A DNA stretch of 64,000 bases from Octopus vulgaris (lineage: Eukaryota): contig OX597815.1 in NCBI GenBank assembly GCA_951406725.2, forward strand, positions 85,684,001 to 85,748,000, read 5' to 3'. Of this stretch, positions 12,142 through 26,482 are shown piece after piece. Below the pieces are notes generated by a model, which saw only the letters and a list, made by a program, of their open reading frames with translations, was not told the origin of the DNA and searched no databases. The position numbers were made by a program, and so were the translations under genes. Numbering within the stretch: the first letter of the stretch is position 1; every line of letters starts with the position of its first letter.

Positions 12142-12921
12142 TTGGGTCATCCCTTAAATAATGCGGTTTTTTCAATTGCATGAACTAAAAGTCCGTGAGG
12201 GACGGGATAAACTACCTGCATCAGCTTGCTATAAAAGCAGATAGTAATTTTACCTTGACTTATTCTTAGTGCAAGTTTTGAAGAGTGCAGTTCGATTTTA
12301 AATTGTTTATTTCAAAGCTACAATGGAAGTGACAAAGGAGCATATTCAGCATATTTTGCTTTATGAGTTCAATAAAGGCAACAATGCAATGGAAATTGTG
12401 AGGAATATTAATACAGTAAATGGTGATCGGACAATAAGCATAAGCCAGTGTCTACGGTGGTTCCAGAAATTCCGAGCCGGAAACTACAGCCTGAAGACGA
12501 GCCTCGTTCTGGAAAAGCTGTAGAGCTACACGAGGAAGTCTAGGCGAAAGGTGTTCTTCCATCAGGATGATGATCGGATGACATTCCAAAGGTTGAAGCA
12601 GTTTGAATGGGAAACGATGTTCCATCCACCATATTTGTCAGACATTGCCCAATCCGATTATCATTTATTCAGCAGTCTTCATAATGATTTGGACGGAAAA
12701 AATATGAATTCTGTAGACGAGGTAGAACAGTACTGGAGGAGTATTTTTCGTCACGGACAAGTGAATTTTGGAAGAGAGGCCTTGCAAGTCTACCAGATAG
12801 ATGGAAGAGCATGGTAGAAAGTGAAGAAGAGCATATTGTAGATTTTAAAAAAACTTCGTTTATTTTCATTTAAAAAATAAAACAAGTATAAAAAGGCCTC
12901 ATTATTTATGAGATGACCCAA
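12142..12921 (+). mobile_element. Internally deleted mariner element with both TIRs
   Basis: TIRs TTGGGTCATCCCTTAAATAATG / CATTATTTATGAGATGACCCAA followed by TA. N-terminal HTH MEVTKEHIQHILLYEFNKGNNA...RWFQKFRAGNYSL is fused near 12550 to C-terminal DDE remnant FHQDD...HPPYLSDIAQSDYHLF. Confidence 0.92.
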
Positions 12922-15355
12922 TATATAATATAATTAATATTCAGTTGAATTGGGTACTGAAATTGAGGCACCTTCTTAGGTCGATCCAATTTGTATACTC
13001 AAACAATATCAGGTGGATATCAAACTCTGTGCAGAAGTGTTTGCACTTGGTATTCTCGCACTGTATGTAGCTAACATGACGCAACTTAGTGAAAAGGTCC
13101 GCTCCTTGGCTGTTCAGACATGTACTTTATATATAAATACTTCCTATAAAATTTCCGAAGTACAGACTCCAGGGTAGGTGAATAAAATATAAATGAGTAA
13201 CAAAGATGTACTGGTGTCAATTCATTACGGCCGTTTTGGTGTAACAGTATTTTCTTATGTCATTCTAAGTTCTGAGTTGCAAAAACGTCAAAATTCAACT
13301 TTGTTTTTCATTCTGCAATGAGCGATAAAATAACCAGTTGTTTCCCTTCCTTCAGATTTGTGGTTTTCTGCCTATGTCAGAAATTATTATTATCACTATA
13401 AAATGTCTTACGTTAATTGTTCAGGCTCCTCACGTTCTAAGTTGTCAAGCTCAACTTTGTCTTTCATCCCTCTGCTGTCAATAAAGTAAGGTACCAGTCA
13501 AGTGTTGGAGGCTATATAATCAACAGTCCCGTTCAAAAAGTTTATGCTGTAGGATCATAGTCTATTGGATTTGACTCTGTCCCTAATTGCAGAGTCATTA
13601 ATGGCTAATACTTACGAAAAGTCAGTGTTATAGATGGAGCTTATTATTGTCAGATATATACCGCTTTGTTTCGTTCTTGTAACGTTATGAAATAAAATAT
13701 TGCTTAGAGTAAACATTGCTAATATTCTATTTAGTAAAGTAATTCATGTGAATCTGTATATACTTTAATGATGTTTGTGTCAATGTAATAAGTCTTCCAC
13801 TATGTATCACAGAAAATTTACTTGAAACAGTGAGATGGAGTGTGTTTATTAAAAGCGCTTACACATAGGAATACCTTACATCTCTATATATCTTTCTGAG
13901 TGTAGTATGATAGACGGAAACTACATACGGAAGGTTGCCGCCTGCACTGAGACCAAAGATCATCTTAAGGGTTAGCGTTACCGAAATATTGCTGAGAAAC
14001 TTGTGGTTGGTATCTTGTGTGTGGTAGAGTTTGCGCCACTGGTTATTTGACACTCAAAATTCTCCAATTCAACAAATAGATTGAAGTGAAAAGTGAAACT
14101 AGTGGCAAACTACCGCAGTAACATGTTTTGAAAGCCTTATTGACATGAACAATCTACAGGGTCCCAAGACATCATATTTGACTTGATGGTTCCATATGGC
14201 TTTATATATATGTCAAAATACCCATGAAGACTCATGAAACATTGCTTCACATGCGACAAAGATTCAATACTGAACGCCAAAGAAAAAAAAATCCAGGGGA
14301 AATTACGTTTGAAAACAAGCTTTGTTATTTGAAAAATGTGCATGAACGAAAGTCACTAACGATTGCTTTGATGTCGCAAAAGGCTGCTTTAACTGTACAG
14401 AGATGTTGTTGGCTTATTCAACCTACGTAAAATGAAATATCTATATATAATACTATGGATATAGTTTTGAACAGATATGATGGCTTAGCTATTTCTAAAA
14501 GTTCAAACGCACATAGCATACATAAAACAAAGACCTTTAAAGGCTTAATATTATTGTCATAACGACAGTTATGTTATTAGTGACAACAATGTTAAATATT
14601 TGCATACACAAATACAAGGGATGCATGAAACAAAATGAAAATCTCATTTACAGTGACAAAAAATCAAATCAATGTCCGGCTATTTTTTTAACAATGTTAG
14701 CGATATTGGTAGCAGAATCTCCACCATCTCAGCTAAAAGATAGTTCTAGAGAGATGAAATCAACTGCAACACGTTGCATGAAAAATAATGGATTAAGAGA
14801 AAATTAAATTTATTCAGAAACCTGAACCGTGTTCAGCTGAGACGTAAAATAACTGCTACGATGACTTGTTCAGTCCTTCATAGAACCTCAACATGAAACC
14901 ATTGCCAAGAAGTTCATTAAAATTATTCTAAAAGCTTCTCATCACATGGTACATATATTCCAAACAGTTCATCTATATGGCTACTGTTGCATGATTTGTA
15001 TGGCGAGCAATATTGCAGCCAGTAGGCACGCTAAACCTTTTAACAGGAGCCTCAAGTCCCGTAATAAACCCAAGTGTCCTGAAAGCAATTCTGGGGCAAT
15101 CATGAAAATAATATCGCTAATCCAGGCATCTCAGTGGATACAACCACATAAATAATACATAAGGGTTACAAGGGCGTCTTTAAGGGTCAGGGTCAGCATT
15201 TAACCCTCAGGTTCAATTTTATTCATGCGCAAAGTAAGCACGAATAACATCTTTCAAAATGTTATTATCTAGTTTGATTTCATTATTACAATGACTTGAT
15301 GCAAGCAGAAACTAACCTATCCCGACTCCATTTACGTGAATACTCTAACAAGGAT

Positions 15356-15405
<50 letters not shown>

Positions 15406-15406
<1 letters not shown>

Positions 15407-15934
15407 TAAGCAATAAAGGGTTTAGCAACGAATTGCCTTACCACAGACCGAATTTAGAAATAGCAGTCAAAGAGTTATAGCTATTTCTTCTACTAAAAAG
15501 GGAGATCTCAGTAAAAACACAGCAATTGGAAGGCAGACACAAACAGGTAAGAAAGAATGAATTGACGGCAATCTATCATACAATTTTAAGTTATCTACGG
15601 ACGCACGTTTCGAAATCAAGTTTTTAGGAAAGCATAAGAATTAAATATTAAATAATTCTACCTTACCCAAACTTCTTTTCTCTTCAGCGTAGAATACTAT
15701 AATCATAAATGATTATATATTGAATTTTGAGATACTAGAAGGCACCAACTCAACTCAGTATCAGAGCGAGCTAGAATCCGCAACTAGTATCACCAAATTC
15801 AAAGTGTGAATGAAAAGATTGTGTCACCAGCCCCTTCCCACCCGCGTGTAGCCAAAACAAGATGCTGTGGTCATCTACTGAGATAAAATATGGTTATCCG
15901 TAATTATTCCAAATTAATTAATTTCACCCTTCAT
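15406..15934 (-). mobile_element. Solo Penelope-like pseudo-LTR (~530 bp) between two (TA)n tracts
   Basis: Bounded by (TA)n at 15360-15405 and 15935-15959. Contains a hammerhead. Shares CTTTGRCTGYTATTTCTA...CCTTTATTG with the 7793-9219 family. Confidence 0.65.
15594..15693 (-). ncRNA. Type I hammerhead ribozyme (second family)
   Basis: UCUACG-CUGAAGA-GAAA..[long hairpin]..UUUC-GAAAC-GUGC-GUC-CGUAGA. Stem I is 6 bp, cleavage triplet GUC. Confidence 0.78.
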
Positions 15935-16000
<66 letters not shown>

Positions 16001-16010
16001 CGAGTGTGTG

Positions 16011-16052
<42 letters not shown>
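15935..16052. repeat. (TA)n(TG)n(TA)n compound microsatellite
   Basis: Directly visible. Confidence 0.95.
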
Positions 16053-16058
<6 letters not shown>

Positions 16059-17355
16059 CATGTATATGTATGTACGTCTACATGTATGTATGGAGAGATA
16101 AAGAGCGAGATAGGGAGACAGAAAATGAATATGTCGACAAGCATTGCTGTACAAATATGAATGGTGTACTCATCAATGTGCCGTTGTGTGTATGCACGCG
16201 AATGTGTGTGCATCTGTGTGTGTGTATGCGCGCGCATGTGTGAACGTGTGTGAATGAGTATATCTAAGTTTTTCTTTTTTTATGAATTGTTTAGGTTTAT
16301 CTGTATCTACTTAACCATATAAGCACATCTATATCTTTGAATATCCTCATTTATATGTCCAATTTTCAGTTTTATATGTTTGGGATACGTCGTGTCGTAT
16401 TTGCAGTCGGTTCACTGTGAGCATACAACAATATTTAACATTATAAATTTTGCTTCTGTTTATACACATACACACACATATATGCATTCAGACACACACA
16501 CACATATCTATACTTACAGATGCATTTATTTACTAATATATATATACATACACGTACACATACATATATGGGAAAGGTTGTGTTATTGAAGCATGTGCGA
16601 TTTAGTTATTCAATCTCTGTATAACCATTTGTATCTATCTCTGGATACGTATGCTTATTGTGTACGTAACTGTGTATTTGTGAATGATTGCATGTGTGTA
16701 TATGTAACATGAGCCTGTGTGTGTGTATGTAGATAAGTGCCATGAGTGTCGTCCTTCGTGCTGGAATAGGTGTTATATACGCAAACTTAATGAGATATAA
16801 CTAGTTTCGAGTCAGACTTCTCATGGCCAAGTAAGAATTGCATTACAAGAATACAAAATGTCGTTTGGTAAATTTTCGATCGCTTATAACATAGTAAAGT
16901 GGATTTGTGTTTGTCAGCGTTTATAACGCAAACAGCTAACGAGATTTCTGGCAATTTAGGAGTTTTCTGCGTTGTGAGCATGTACTTCTTCAGCTGAAAT
17001 CGAATCAGGTTATCAGATGCATTGTATGGTGTTTCTCTGATTATGTAAAGTCTTAGATTTGTTTCAGAATAACCATTTTAAATCTATTTTAAAAACCTAC
17101 AACTAAGAAACAGCTACAAACTGCCAAATATAATTATAAATTTCCGATGAAATATAAATAAAATTTGTCATCGATTCTCATTGTATTTTACTTTGTCGTG
17201 TATTCCAATACATTCTTGAATTGGGGATTCCAACTAATTGAAATATGCCCTAATGTCTAATTATGACATAGATAACATCTTAGACAAATATTACCTTACA
17301 TTATTTCTCTTTCTCAGTGCTAGTATGTGTACAATTGAATTTGAAAGTATATTTG

Positions 17356-17386
<31 letters not shown>

Positions 17387-18249
17387 GGAAGTACAGAATG
17401 AATGCCCTCCTTAAATCCTTAAATCCGAAAAACACACCATCTAGTCTATTTACACGGCAGTTCACTTGCTGGGAGTTCAGAAACTTACGGCGAGATTGCC
17501 TTTTCATTGATTAGTATCCATTGGCAGTAAAAAAACAAATAAAAACAAACAAACAAACAAACAAAAAAACGTATCTAAGTTTGTCTCTAATTCATGCTGT
17601 TGGAAAGCATATATGTCGTATACTAATATTATATAGTTGCTATTATTTTCTAACCAGTGTCGCCTCAATTGCGCAGTATTATGAACAAATATGCTCCTCG
17701 CTATAAACATCCCATATTTTTTTTGTATCGCAGCATACAATATCTAACATATCTATTATTCCTGAAATAGCTGGATTTGATGAGGAATATGTCGATGGGG
17801 AATATTGGTTTTTGTTCTGGTAAATTTGAATACAATTTAAATTTTGAATGTTTTCCTCATTAAATAAACTCCCATATAGTATAAAATTAGGAAGGTTTTC
17901 AAGAAATTCACAACTACGATAATCTTTGATATGAAGACATCTTAAATTTTAATATTTATCTTTATCATAGAATATATAAGTTGTGGAAAAAGTATTTCCG
18001 TATTTTTAATAAACCGTCTTTCATCATTTATCTTTTTTACTGGACCAGAGGTCGAGGCCATGCTAGTGCACCGCCTTTCAGTGTGATTCGGTTTCTTTTC
18101 TGTATTGTTTTTGGTGAAATAGTGAATTGGACGTAGCTGCTCTCCTTTGTGATCACTGACGCGATGTGGGTTTATCTGGTATCTCAGATAAAAATTTGTA
18201 TAGGCATTATTTGAAGGCCGCCACAACTACAGCACGCAACTCTCTGAGG

Positions 18250-19310
18250 TTGTATGGCAGAATATTGACTAGTTCTAGGTTCTTGAAACCCAAGCTATTA
18301 AAGTACCGGGTTCTTATTCAAGATGGGGAAGACGGGATCTTTGGTACTATGCAATGCCGTCCAGTTCAGTAGCTGGTAAAGTTTTCAATTCCAAAGCTGG
18401 GAGCTAGACTTTCCCATACCTTCCATAGGTATATCACTGAATATATTTCGGCGCTTTCTGTCTAGGGAGTGGAGCTTCAGTTCTTGTAACCTCTCCCAGT
18501 ATCTATTCTGTTGCACCGAGTCAAACTTCTTAGTATAGTGGCGCTGGATTGCCTTGAATTCGACCACCTGTTTCATGCTCTGCGGTGACTGCATTTGGGA
18601 GCTGTAATCCAGGCAAATAAGAGTGGAAGTTTTGAATGGTATCAAAATCCAGCCAGCCACTCGCCTGCACAGTGTTTCGATTTTGGTAATATGCACATAG
18701 AAAATTGCATCATTACTTATGTCTATTCCTAGGTCAAGTGGCGACCCTGACTCTGAGATTGCACCACTCACTGGTCCTGTGTATTTTGATTGTAGTCAGT
18801 TTTGTGGAGCAACAGTGGAAACTTGAAACTTCTCAGCATTGAAATGTATATTATTTTCATCAGCCCATTTGTATATTGCATTCAGGTCTTCCTGCAGTTT
18901 CATGGCCAGTGATACTTTTAGATCATCAGTATAGCTGGTGAAAGTGGCTGACTATGGCTGATAGGGTGCATGAAAGAGACACCGCAAACAGTAGTGGTCC
19001 TAGGACAGTTACCTGAGGGACTCTGCAAGAACCGATATCTCCTCAAAGAGAGCACAATTGGCTGAAACTGTTTGACTTCTGCCTTTTAAAATATCAGCCA
19101 TTTCTAGTTTTTCATCGATACCAAGGTCACGCAGTTTCTGATACGGTTCCATTGTTTAGCTATTGCTACAGTGCCCTGTCATAAAGCTGTAGTAGCTGTG
19201 TGAGGCAGCTCCTCCCTCGACGGAAGCCATGTCGTGTGTTTGTGAATATGTTGTTTTCTTCTAGAAACGTGCTCAGCATCCTTCTGACGATGAGTTCCAT
19301 GACCTTGCAA
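18250..19310 (-). mobile_element. Degenerate CR1/L2-like LINE RT fragment
   Basis: VPQVTVLGPLLF, YTDDLK, DLGIDIS...LDYSSQ...AIQRHYTK...YWERLQELKLHSLDRKRR, with many frameshifts. Confidence 0.85.
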
Positions 19311-21825
19311 ACGTATAATAAGTTATTTCTTAGAAGTATTCGTTACGTAGTTGATACAGATATTGTAAAGAATTTGTCATTAAATTTGTACTTATAATAT
19401 TTATTTTACAATGTGTCAATAATTCCTTAATAGAAATATTCCAGATTTAGGAATATTGTTTTGTAATAATTTTGAACCTTTTCCTAAAATATGAAAGAGC
19501 TAAGACACTGTCTTCATAAGCTATAAATACGTTACCACAGATTTCCGAGAAATATTCTAGATTGAGATATTTAAAACGTTTCCTTTAAATCTGTCTGCTT
19601 GATTGTCCGTATTTATCACAATATGTCATCAGCGAGTGGGCAGTGTGATTAACGTTTGAATACGACTTTGTTTCCTCGTTAATCCTGTAGGATTCTGCAA
19701 ATGAAGGCTCGATTAAGGAACTGATATTGAGTCCGTCTGATGAGCTTATATATTACCTTGTAGACAGCGGATAGGAATTTCAGTTGTGTAGACCAACGAA
19801 ATGTTTGTTAGGACGTTTCTTTATATAACAGGTTTCATTGTAAGATGTATGCACACAAATTATAAACATAATGTTGAATAAGCTGTGTTGATTTTATTCA
19901 AGATTATTTACATCGTTTCCGTTACAGGATATTAATAGATATCTAGTAATTCTTTATGATGCCTGATCTTTTGGCGATTCTATGCGCAACTATATTGATT
20001 TGGGAGATAATGGACACACACACACACGCACACGCACACACACACACGCGCACGCACACACACACACATGTGAGTATATGTATGTATGTATGACCTTGTT
20101 TTGAAATGATTTGTAAGAAATCAGTTTTAGTAAAACTTATTTATTGAATTGAATTAAACTGTGGTTCTTTTCATATAACAGTTTATTGTTATCTTGTACC
20201 GTTTAACGAAACAGAGTATATTGGAAATAGTTGAGAAACTAAAATGTAATTGAAAATTTAAAAAACAGTATAAAAGTGAAATTCTCTAAAATTAAGATAT
20301 CAAAACTTTCGTTCAAAACAAATTTCTTGCATTGAATAGTGAAACAACACTTTGAATAAATATTAAAATACATTTCATATATATGTCGTAGCGAAAATAG
20401 AAAACAAGTTTTAAGGATACCTAGATCGGCTTTCATCAATATATAATGGTATTTGGAGCTACTGAATATTCATTATTATTAGAAATGTTGAAATGATGAT
20501 CAGAAAGCTAGCTGACCTTTTAACAAAAATCTTATGTATTTGTTTGGTATAATATTTAGAGGGTTGAACAAATGTCTGTGGAACTTAGTTTGACTTTTTA
20601 CGTTCGTTGTCAGTTCAAATTCTGGAGGCCAACTTTGCTTGTCCTCACGGGATCAATAAAATAAAATAATTTTAAAGTTCTATGTTCACTTTATTATTCC
20701 TATAAATATCCTAGATCTGAATAAAATTATAATAAAGCTGATGCTCTTAGACGTGGTACAAACGGTGAACATTTTCATTAACTCATGCACTTTAAAATAT
20801 TCAGCACTCATTCCTAAACAAATGAAACAACGTTGCATTAAACATAATCAAATGTCATAATTCTTTGTTTTTGACGAAACCCAAAGGAGCTGATAGGAAA
20901 TGTTGTGACATTATAGTTTTCAAAAATACATTCACGATGAAATGGTGCTGATTTTCCTTCTTATCCAAAAGGAGCAATGAAATACACATTATTAAACATA
21001 TAGGTATGTACAACAACAAACTGGATTATGAGGTTGTCATTGTAAACACTCTTATGAATATGCTTATTCATATTCATATTCTTTTCAAACTATATTCCGG
21101 ACAAGCTATCAAGAAAAAAAATTATTCTGTTCTTCAGCTCCTTACAATGATGGCGGCGGCAGTACTCCACGTTAATTAATTACAGTTAAAACAAACTGTT
21201 GACTTATGCATGATAGAAGGATTCTATTATTTACTTCGCTCACTGAGATTTCGGCTGTGTCGTTAACAATACAATAAATAATGAGAAAAAAAAAATATTA
21301 ATCTGAAGTAGATTAATATAATGTCCAGGAGAAAACATGACTCTGTGGTGGAAACTAATGATTAATTTCAATTACATATGCTGGCTTATCTCAAGAAAAA
21401 TTAGATTTTCAGCTTTCGCTATTGTTTGATATTCAAATTTTCCTCAGAGCTTTTGCAGAAGAGTAATTATTTTTTGCTCGTATCACTAGAAAAAAAAAAC
21501 CCCAATCATTTATGTTGTGTAGTTCTAGCTATATGCATTTGTACGACTGAGGAGAGCCTGATAAGCAAGAGAAATTAGGAGGCAGACAAAAACTTGCGAG
21601 TATTTTTATATATAATACTAGTTCTGTATCGCCAACTTAGCTGCAACTAGAACCATTTTATCGTAAGATATATACCATTGTATAAATAGAAAGCATTGGA
21701 TAAAAGGAAAACAAGTTAAAAAGCTTAACATATACCAGAACGGATATTGCCAAAGTGTACTGGACAGCAGTTGATAATTACGATAGAGACTTACACGCTT
21801 ACATCCGCACGCACACACACACACA

Positions 21826-21857
<32 letters not shown>

Positions 21858-21865
21858 TTTACATA

Positions 21866-22150
21866 TGTGGCTGTGTGGTAAAAATCTTTCTTCCCAACCA
21901 CAGGGTTCCGAGTTCAGTCTCACTGCGTAGCACATTGGGCGAGTGTCTTCTACTATAGCCTCGGGCAGACCAAAGCCTCGTGAGCTATATATATATATAT
22001 ATATATATGCGTGAGTGTGTTTGTGTTGTGTCCGTGTTTGTTCCCCTATCACCACTTGACAAATGGGGTTAGTGTGCTTTACGTGCCTTTCAAGGTGGTG
22101 CTCCAACATTGCCGCAGTCGAATGACTGAAACAAGTAAAAGAATAAAAGA
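21866..22150 (+). mobile_element. CORE-like tRNA SINE (internally deleted)
   Basis: GGCTGTGTGGTAA...TTGGGCGAGTGTCTTCTACTATAGCCTCGGG...ATGACTGAAACAAGTAAAAGA; same family as 37636-38082. Confidence 0.8.
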
Positions 22151-22504
22151 ACGTACCACCCGCTCTGAATTGAGTCTTGCAGACATATTTTCTGTCATTG
22201 TGTTCTAAATCAGTTGTATTTAACGAACTTCCTGCAACCAGGGAGGGCGAGGATCGTAATTCTTGATTTTATTTCTTTTTATCTCATTCCATGTATTGCA
22301 CGAACCTTCTTCACGTTTTTTTTTCAATGTTTTTCCTTTTCTTTATGTTCTTACTGACCAGCGACCTTGATTTTTTAAAAGAAATATATATAACACGCAT
22401 AACAGAGCCTGAAAGATTGCTTTAAGATACATGGCGAGTTTTATAAATATACCTGTTCAAATGTTCAAAGTATCATGACATCTCTTTCGGTTGTATATCA
22501 ATTT

Positions 22505-22553
<49 letters not shown>

Positions 22554-23585
22554 CATCATCATCATCGTAGTATATACTGTGCAGTCACGAAAGAGGTGTA
22601 AATGGCAATGACACACATGACCAGCAAAACAAATGATCAGTTGACTGCTATACATGAACAAGATTATACTTTCTGAAACCTTGTGTTTTATGATATGTTT
22701 AGAATGATATTTCAGAGTTTCTCCGTGCTTTGAATTTTCAAGAGAATGTAAACAGGATAATTTTATGAAGAATTTCAAAAGATCAATTTATCTGAAAGAA
22801 AAGGGTTTCAAACCGGAATCAAAACAGGATTTCGTTTACACGGCTTACGCATATCTTATTGCGGCCAAAACTACATTATCACACGTCACCATCCCAGCTC
22901 TGACAATATTCATGTTAATAAGTACCTTAGGAAAAACCATCTCATAAAAAATGCCAAGAAAGTCAGCACCGTTAGACTGGCAGTATGTCATTTGGTTGCC
23001 ATACGAAACACGAATTCTCGTGGCGTAAATATGTAATAGACTGGTGTGCTATCCAGTAGAAAGGTTTAACTGAAAGACAGTATCATTCAAATATGTTATA
23101 ACGTTGGGTGATGTTTAGTATACATCTGTCGGTTAAATGAATAAAATTAAATAAGTGTGCTGCGCTAGAGAGCATAAAGACATCCTCACCAGATGCATTA
23201 GACAGAGGAAGATAAATAAAGTAAATTGAATTAATGAAAAACCATACTACCAACACAAAAAGATTATTTCAGTTGCTTATCTCAACGTACGTTTAATACA
23301 AATCAAGTAACGCTCTCAATTCTGGTACCAACGGACATCAAAAATAAAAAGACGCTAAAACAATGTTGAAATCAAAGTATTTTACCAACAGTTAAAATAA
23401 TTGAGACATAAATATATTATAGACATCAATGAACACAAGATTTCATTAGAGGCGACTACAATGAAAATAGATATCCACCCAAGAAGATCCAAATACAGAA
23501 ATGTGCGCCTCCCCCAGATGCTATTTCGAGAAGTTACTTTCGGCGAAACTTCAAAGTAAGTTATTACATTGATAATATGTATATC

Positions 23586-23693
<108 letters not shown>

Positions 23694-23709
23694 CACTTTC
23701 TACATGGAA

Positions 23710-24290
23710 TCACTTGTTTTATCTATCCCCTTATACCCGTTTACACTGTTAAGTAACATGTTGAATCAGATGGAATTAGGATACAAATCTTACAAAACCA
23801 TCTTTTGTATATGAACGATCTCAAAGGCATACCTATTACAGATGGTAAACTATTAGATACACAATTGCAGACAATACAAGAATTGACCAAAGTGAATCAG
23901 TTTTAGATTACAAATTGTTTCAAGGCAACCTTAAACAGATGGAAAACTAAATAAAGACCACGGGTATCACGCTAAGTAAAGAAAAAGGGATAGAATTAAA
24001 CGAAATGAAAACTTACAAATAGTTAGAAATCAATGAAATAGGCATAATAACATAGTGCAAGATATACAAACGAAACAAAAAGGAAGAAATATAGATGTAT
24101 TAGATTAATAAAATAATGCAGAGTTAAAAGCAAAAAGAAAAAAATTGTAGCGAAAGACATCATCAATACTCTAGCTTTCTCGTCAATAACTTATATTCTT
24201 CTCAATTAGACGCTACATAAATAACAAGAGTAGGTAGAGAAACAAGGAAAAATGTGACTGCATCTAGGATGCATTATATAAGAATACTAA
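23710..24290 (+). mobile_element. Highly degenerate R4/Dong-like RT fragment
   Basis: NHLLYMNDLK (decayed YMDDLK) at 23797-23826, TYK*LEINE (decayed YKYLG), IINTLA. Confidence 0.65.
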
Positions 24291-25536
24291 AATACAACTT
24301 TAACTGATGGCTTATCAATCTCATTTTTATAAGGAAAATAAGCTTTTAGTACGGTTTCATGTTTTTCTAAACACAGATTATTACAGATTGGTAGTAATAA
24401 TAAAAAAAAAAGTCGAGAATTATTTCTGAGAAATGTTTTAAAATTCACTTGACACTCTTCTTACTTTTTCAATAAATAAAGAACAGGTGATTCTGTTCAA
24501 CAGTACTAACTTCAGTTGAGATAATTATTGTAGTCAAGTTCTTTATACGTTTTTAAAGTCTTGTCAGACAGTCGTGACACATTAGAATAATGTATAGAAC
24601 TATTAAATTTATTGAACATATTCGCTGTAAAGAGAAAGTTGAAATAAAAATAACGTGTATCGGTGTATACCATTGAATTCACATTGCCAAAACTTAAGTA
24701 ATGAAGAATCGATAAAACTTCTTGAGAGCATAATTAAACCGTCTGTTATCTCAAAGTTGAAAACTATACGTTAGTATTTGCTAAAGGGTCGTTTCACATA
24801 TTAAAAGATACTTCATAAAAGCAACGACAAGATATATGTTGGAAGCTGCTATTTGCTTTTCCATTCGGTCAATAATATGCCGATTTATTGATTCCGTTTG
24901 ACAAGGTACGAGGTTAAAATGTTGCCAATTTGTATTTGTTGTAGAGGTGTGTAGTTGACTGGTTTGACACATGTGCATTTAGTACTTCAACGAAGTTTTT
25001 TTCCAGAATCGCAATAACCTATCGAGAGAGTGTTCTTTATTTCTGATTTTCGTAATGTTAATAACAGCACACTAGTCCATCGCAGATAGATTTCCAAACA
25101 AGAATAATTGAACACTGCGTTATAAACCAATGAAGTGCTGAAGTACTCATGGATCCTACAGTGCTGTCGCTGCTTTCAGTGGCGAACTATACTATCTGTA
25201 ATACCAGCTTGAACTTGGTGGATACCACCATTGAAAGAAATGTATTTTGGATTCGGAGTAAAACACTATAACATTCACGGAGCACAGGCTCGGATCCAAC
25301 TACTGGCTGTTCACCACATTCTCGAGTAAGCCATCTGTGTTTTTCAAACATGGACACTCACTCATAAGTGTTTCAGTAGCCTCCTCGAAGAGATTAAGAT
25401 TAAACTCCACTTTAGTAGAAAAACTAGAGGAATGAATCTAAATATTACAGTTCGATATTTAAGAGGTGAGGAATTCTGTACATTATTTACATGGTTTACA
25501 TTTGACGGATATTTGCCCTCATCTTGTTTGTAGTTA

Positions 25537-25580
25537 ACACAACGTTTCGGCTGATATACTTTCCAGCTTTCATCAGGTGT
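25537..25580 (-). ncRNA. Minimal hammerhead-like motif in a Penelope-type repeat end (repeat ~25440-25628)
   Basis: ACAC-CUGAUGA-AAGCUG-loop-CAGCC-GAAA-CG-UU-GUGU. Helix III is replaced by palindromic AACGUU; one mismatch in stem II. Confidence 0.6.
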
Positions 25581-25627
25581 CTTGGGGAAATTTCGAACCT
25601 GGGTTCTCATTTCTAAGGTGTTTTCTG

Positions 25628-25738
25628 ATGTTGTTGTTGTTGTTATTATTATTATTATTATAATAATAATAATTATTATTATTATTATTGTTATTGTTAT
25701 TGTTGTTGTTGTTGTTGTTATTGTTATTATTGTTATTA

Positions 25739-25779
<41 letters not shown>

Positions 25780-25803
25780 GTTATTATTATTATTATTATT
25801 ATT
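25628..25803. repeat. (GTT)n/(ATT)n microsatellite
   Basis: Directly visible; source of poly-N and poly-I pseudo-ORFs. Confidence 0.95.
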
Positions 25804-26482
<679 letters not shown>

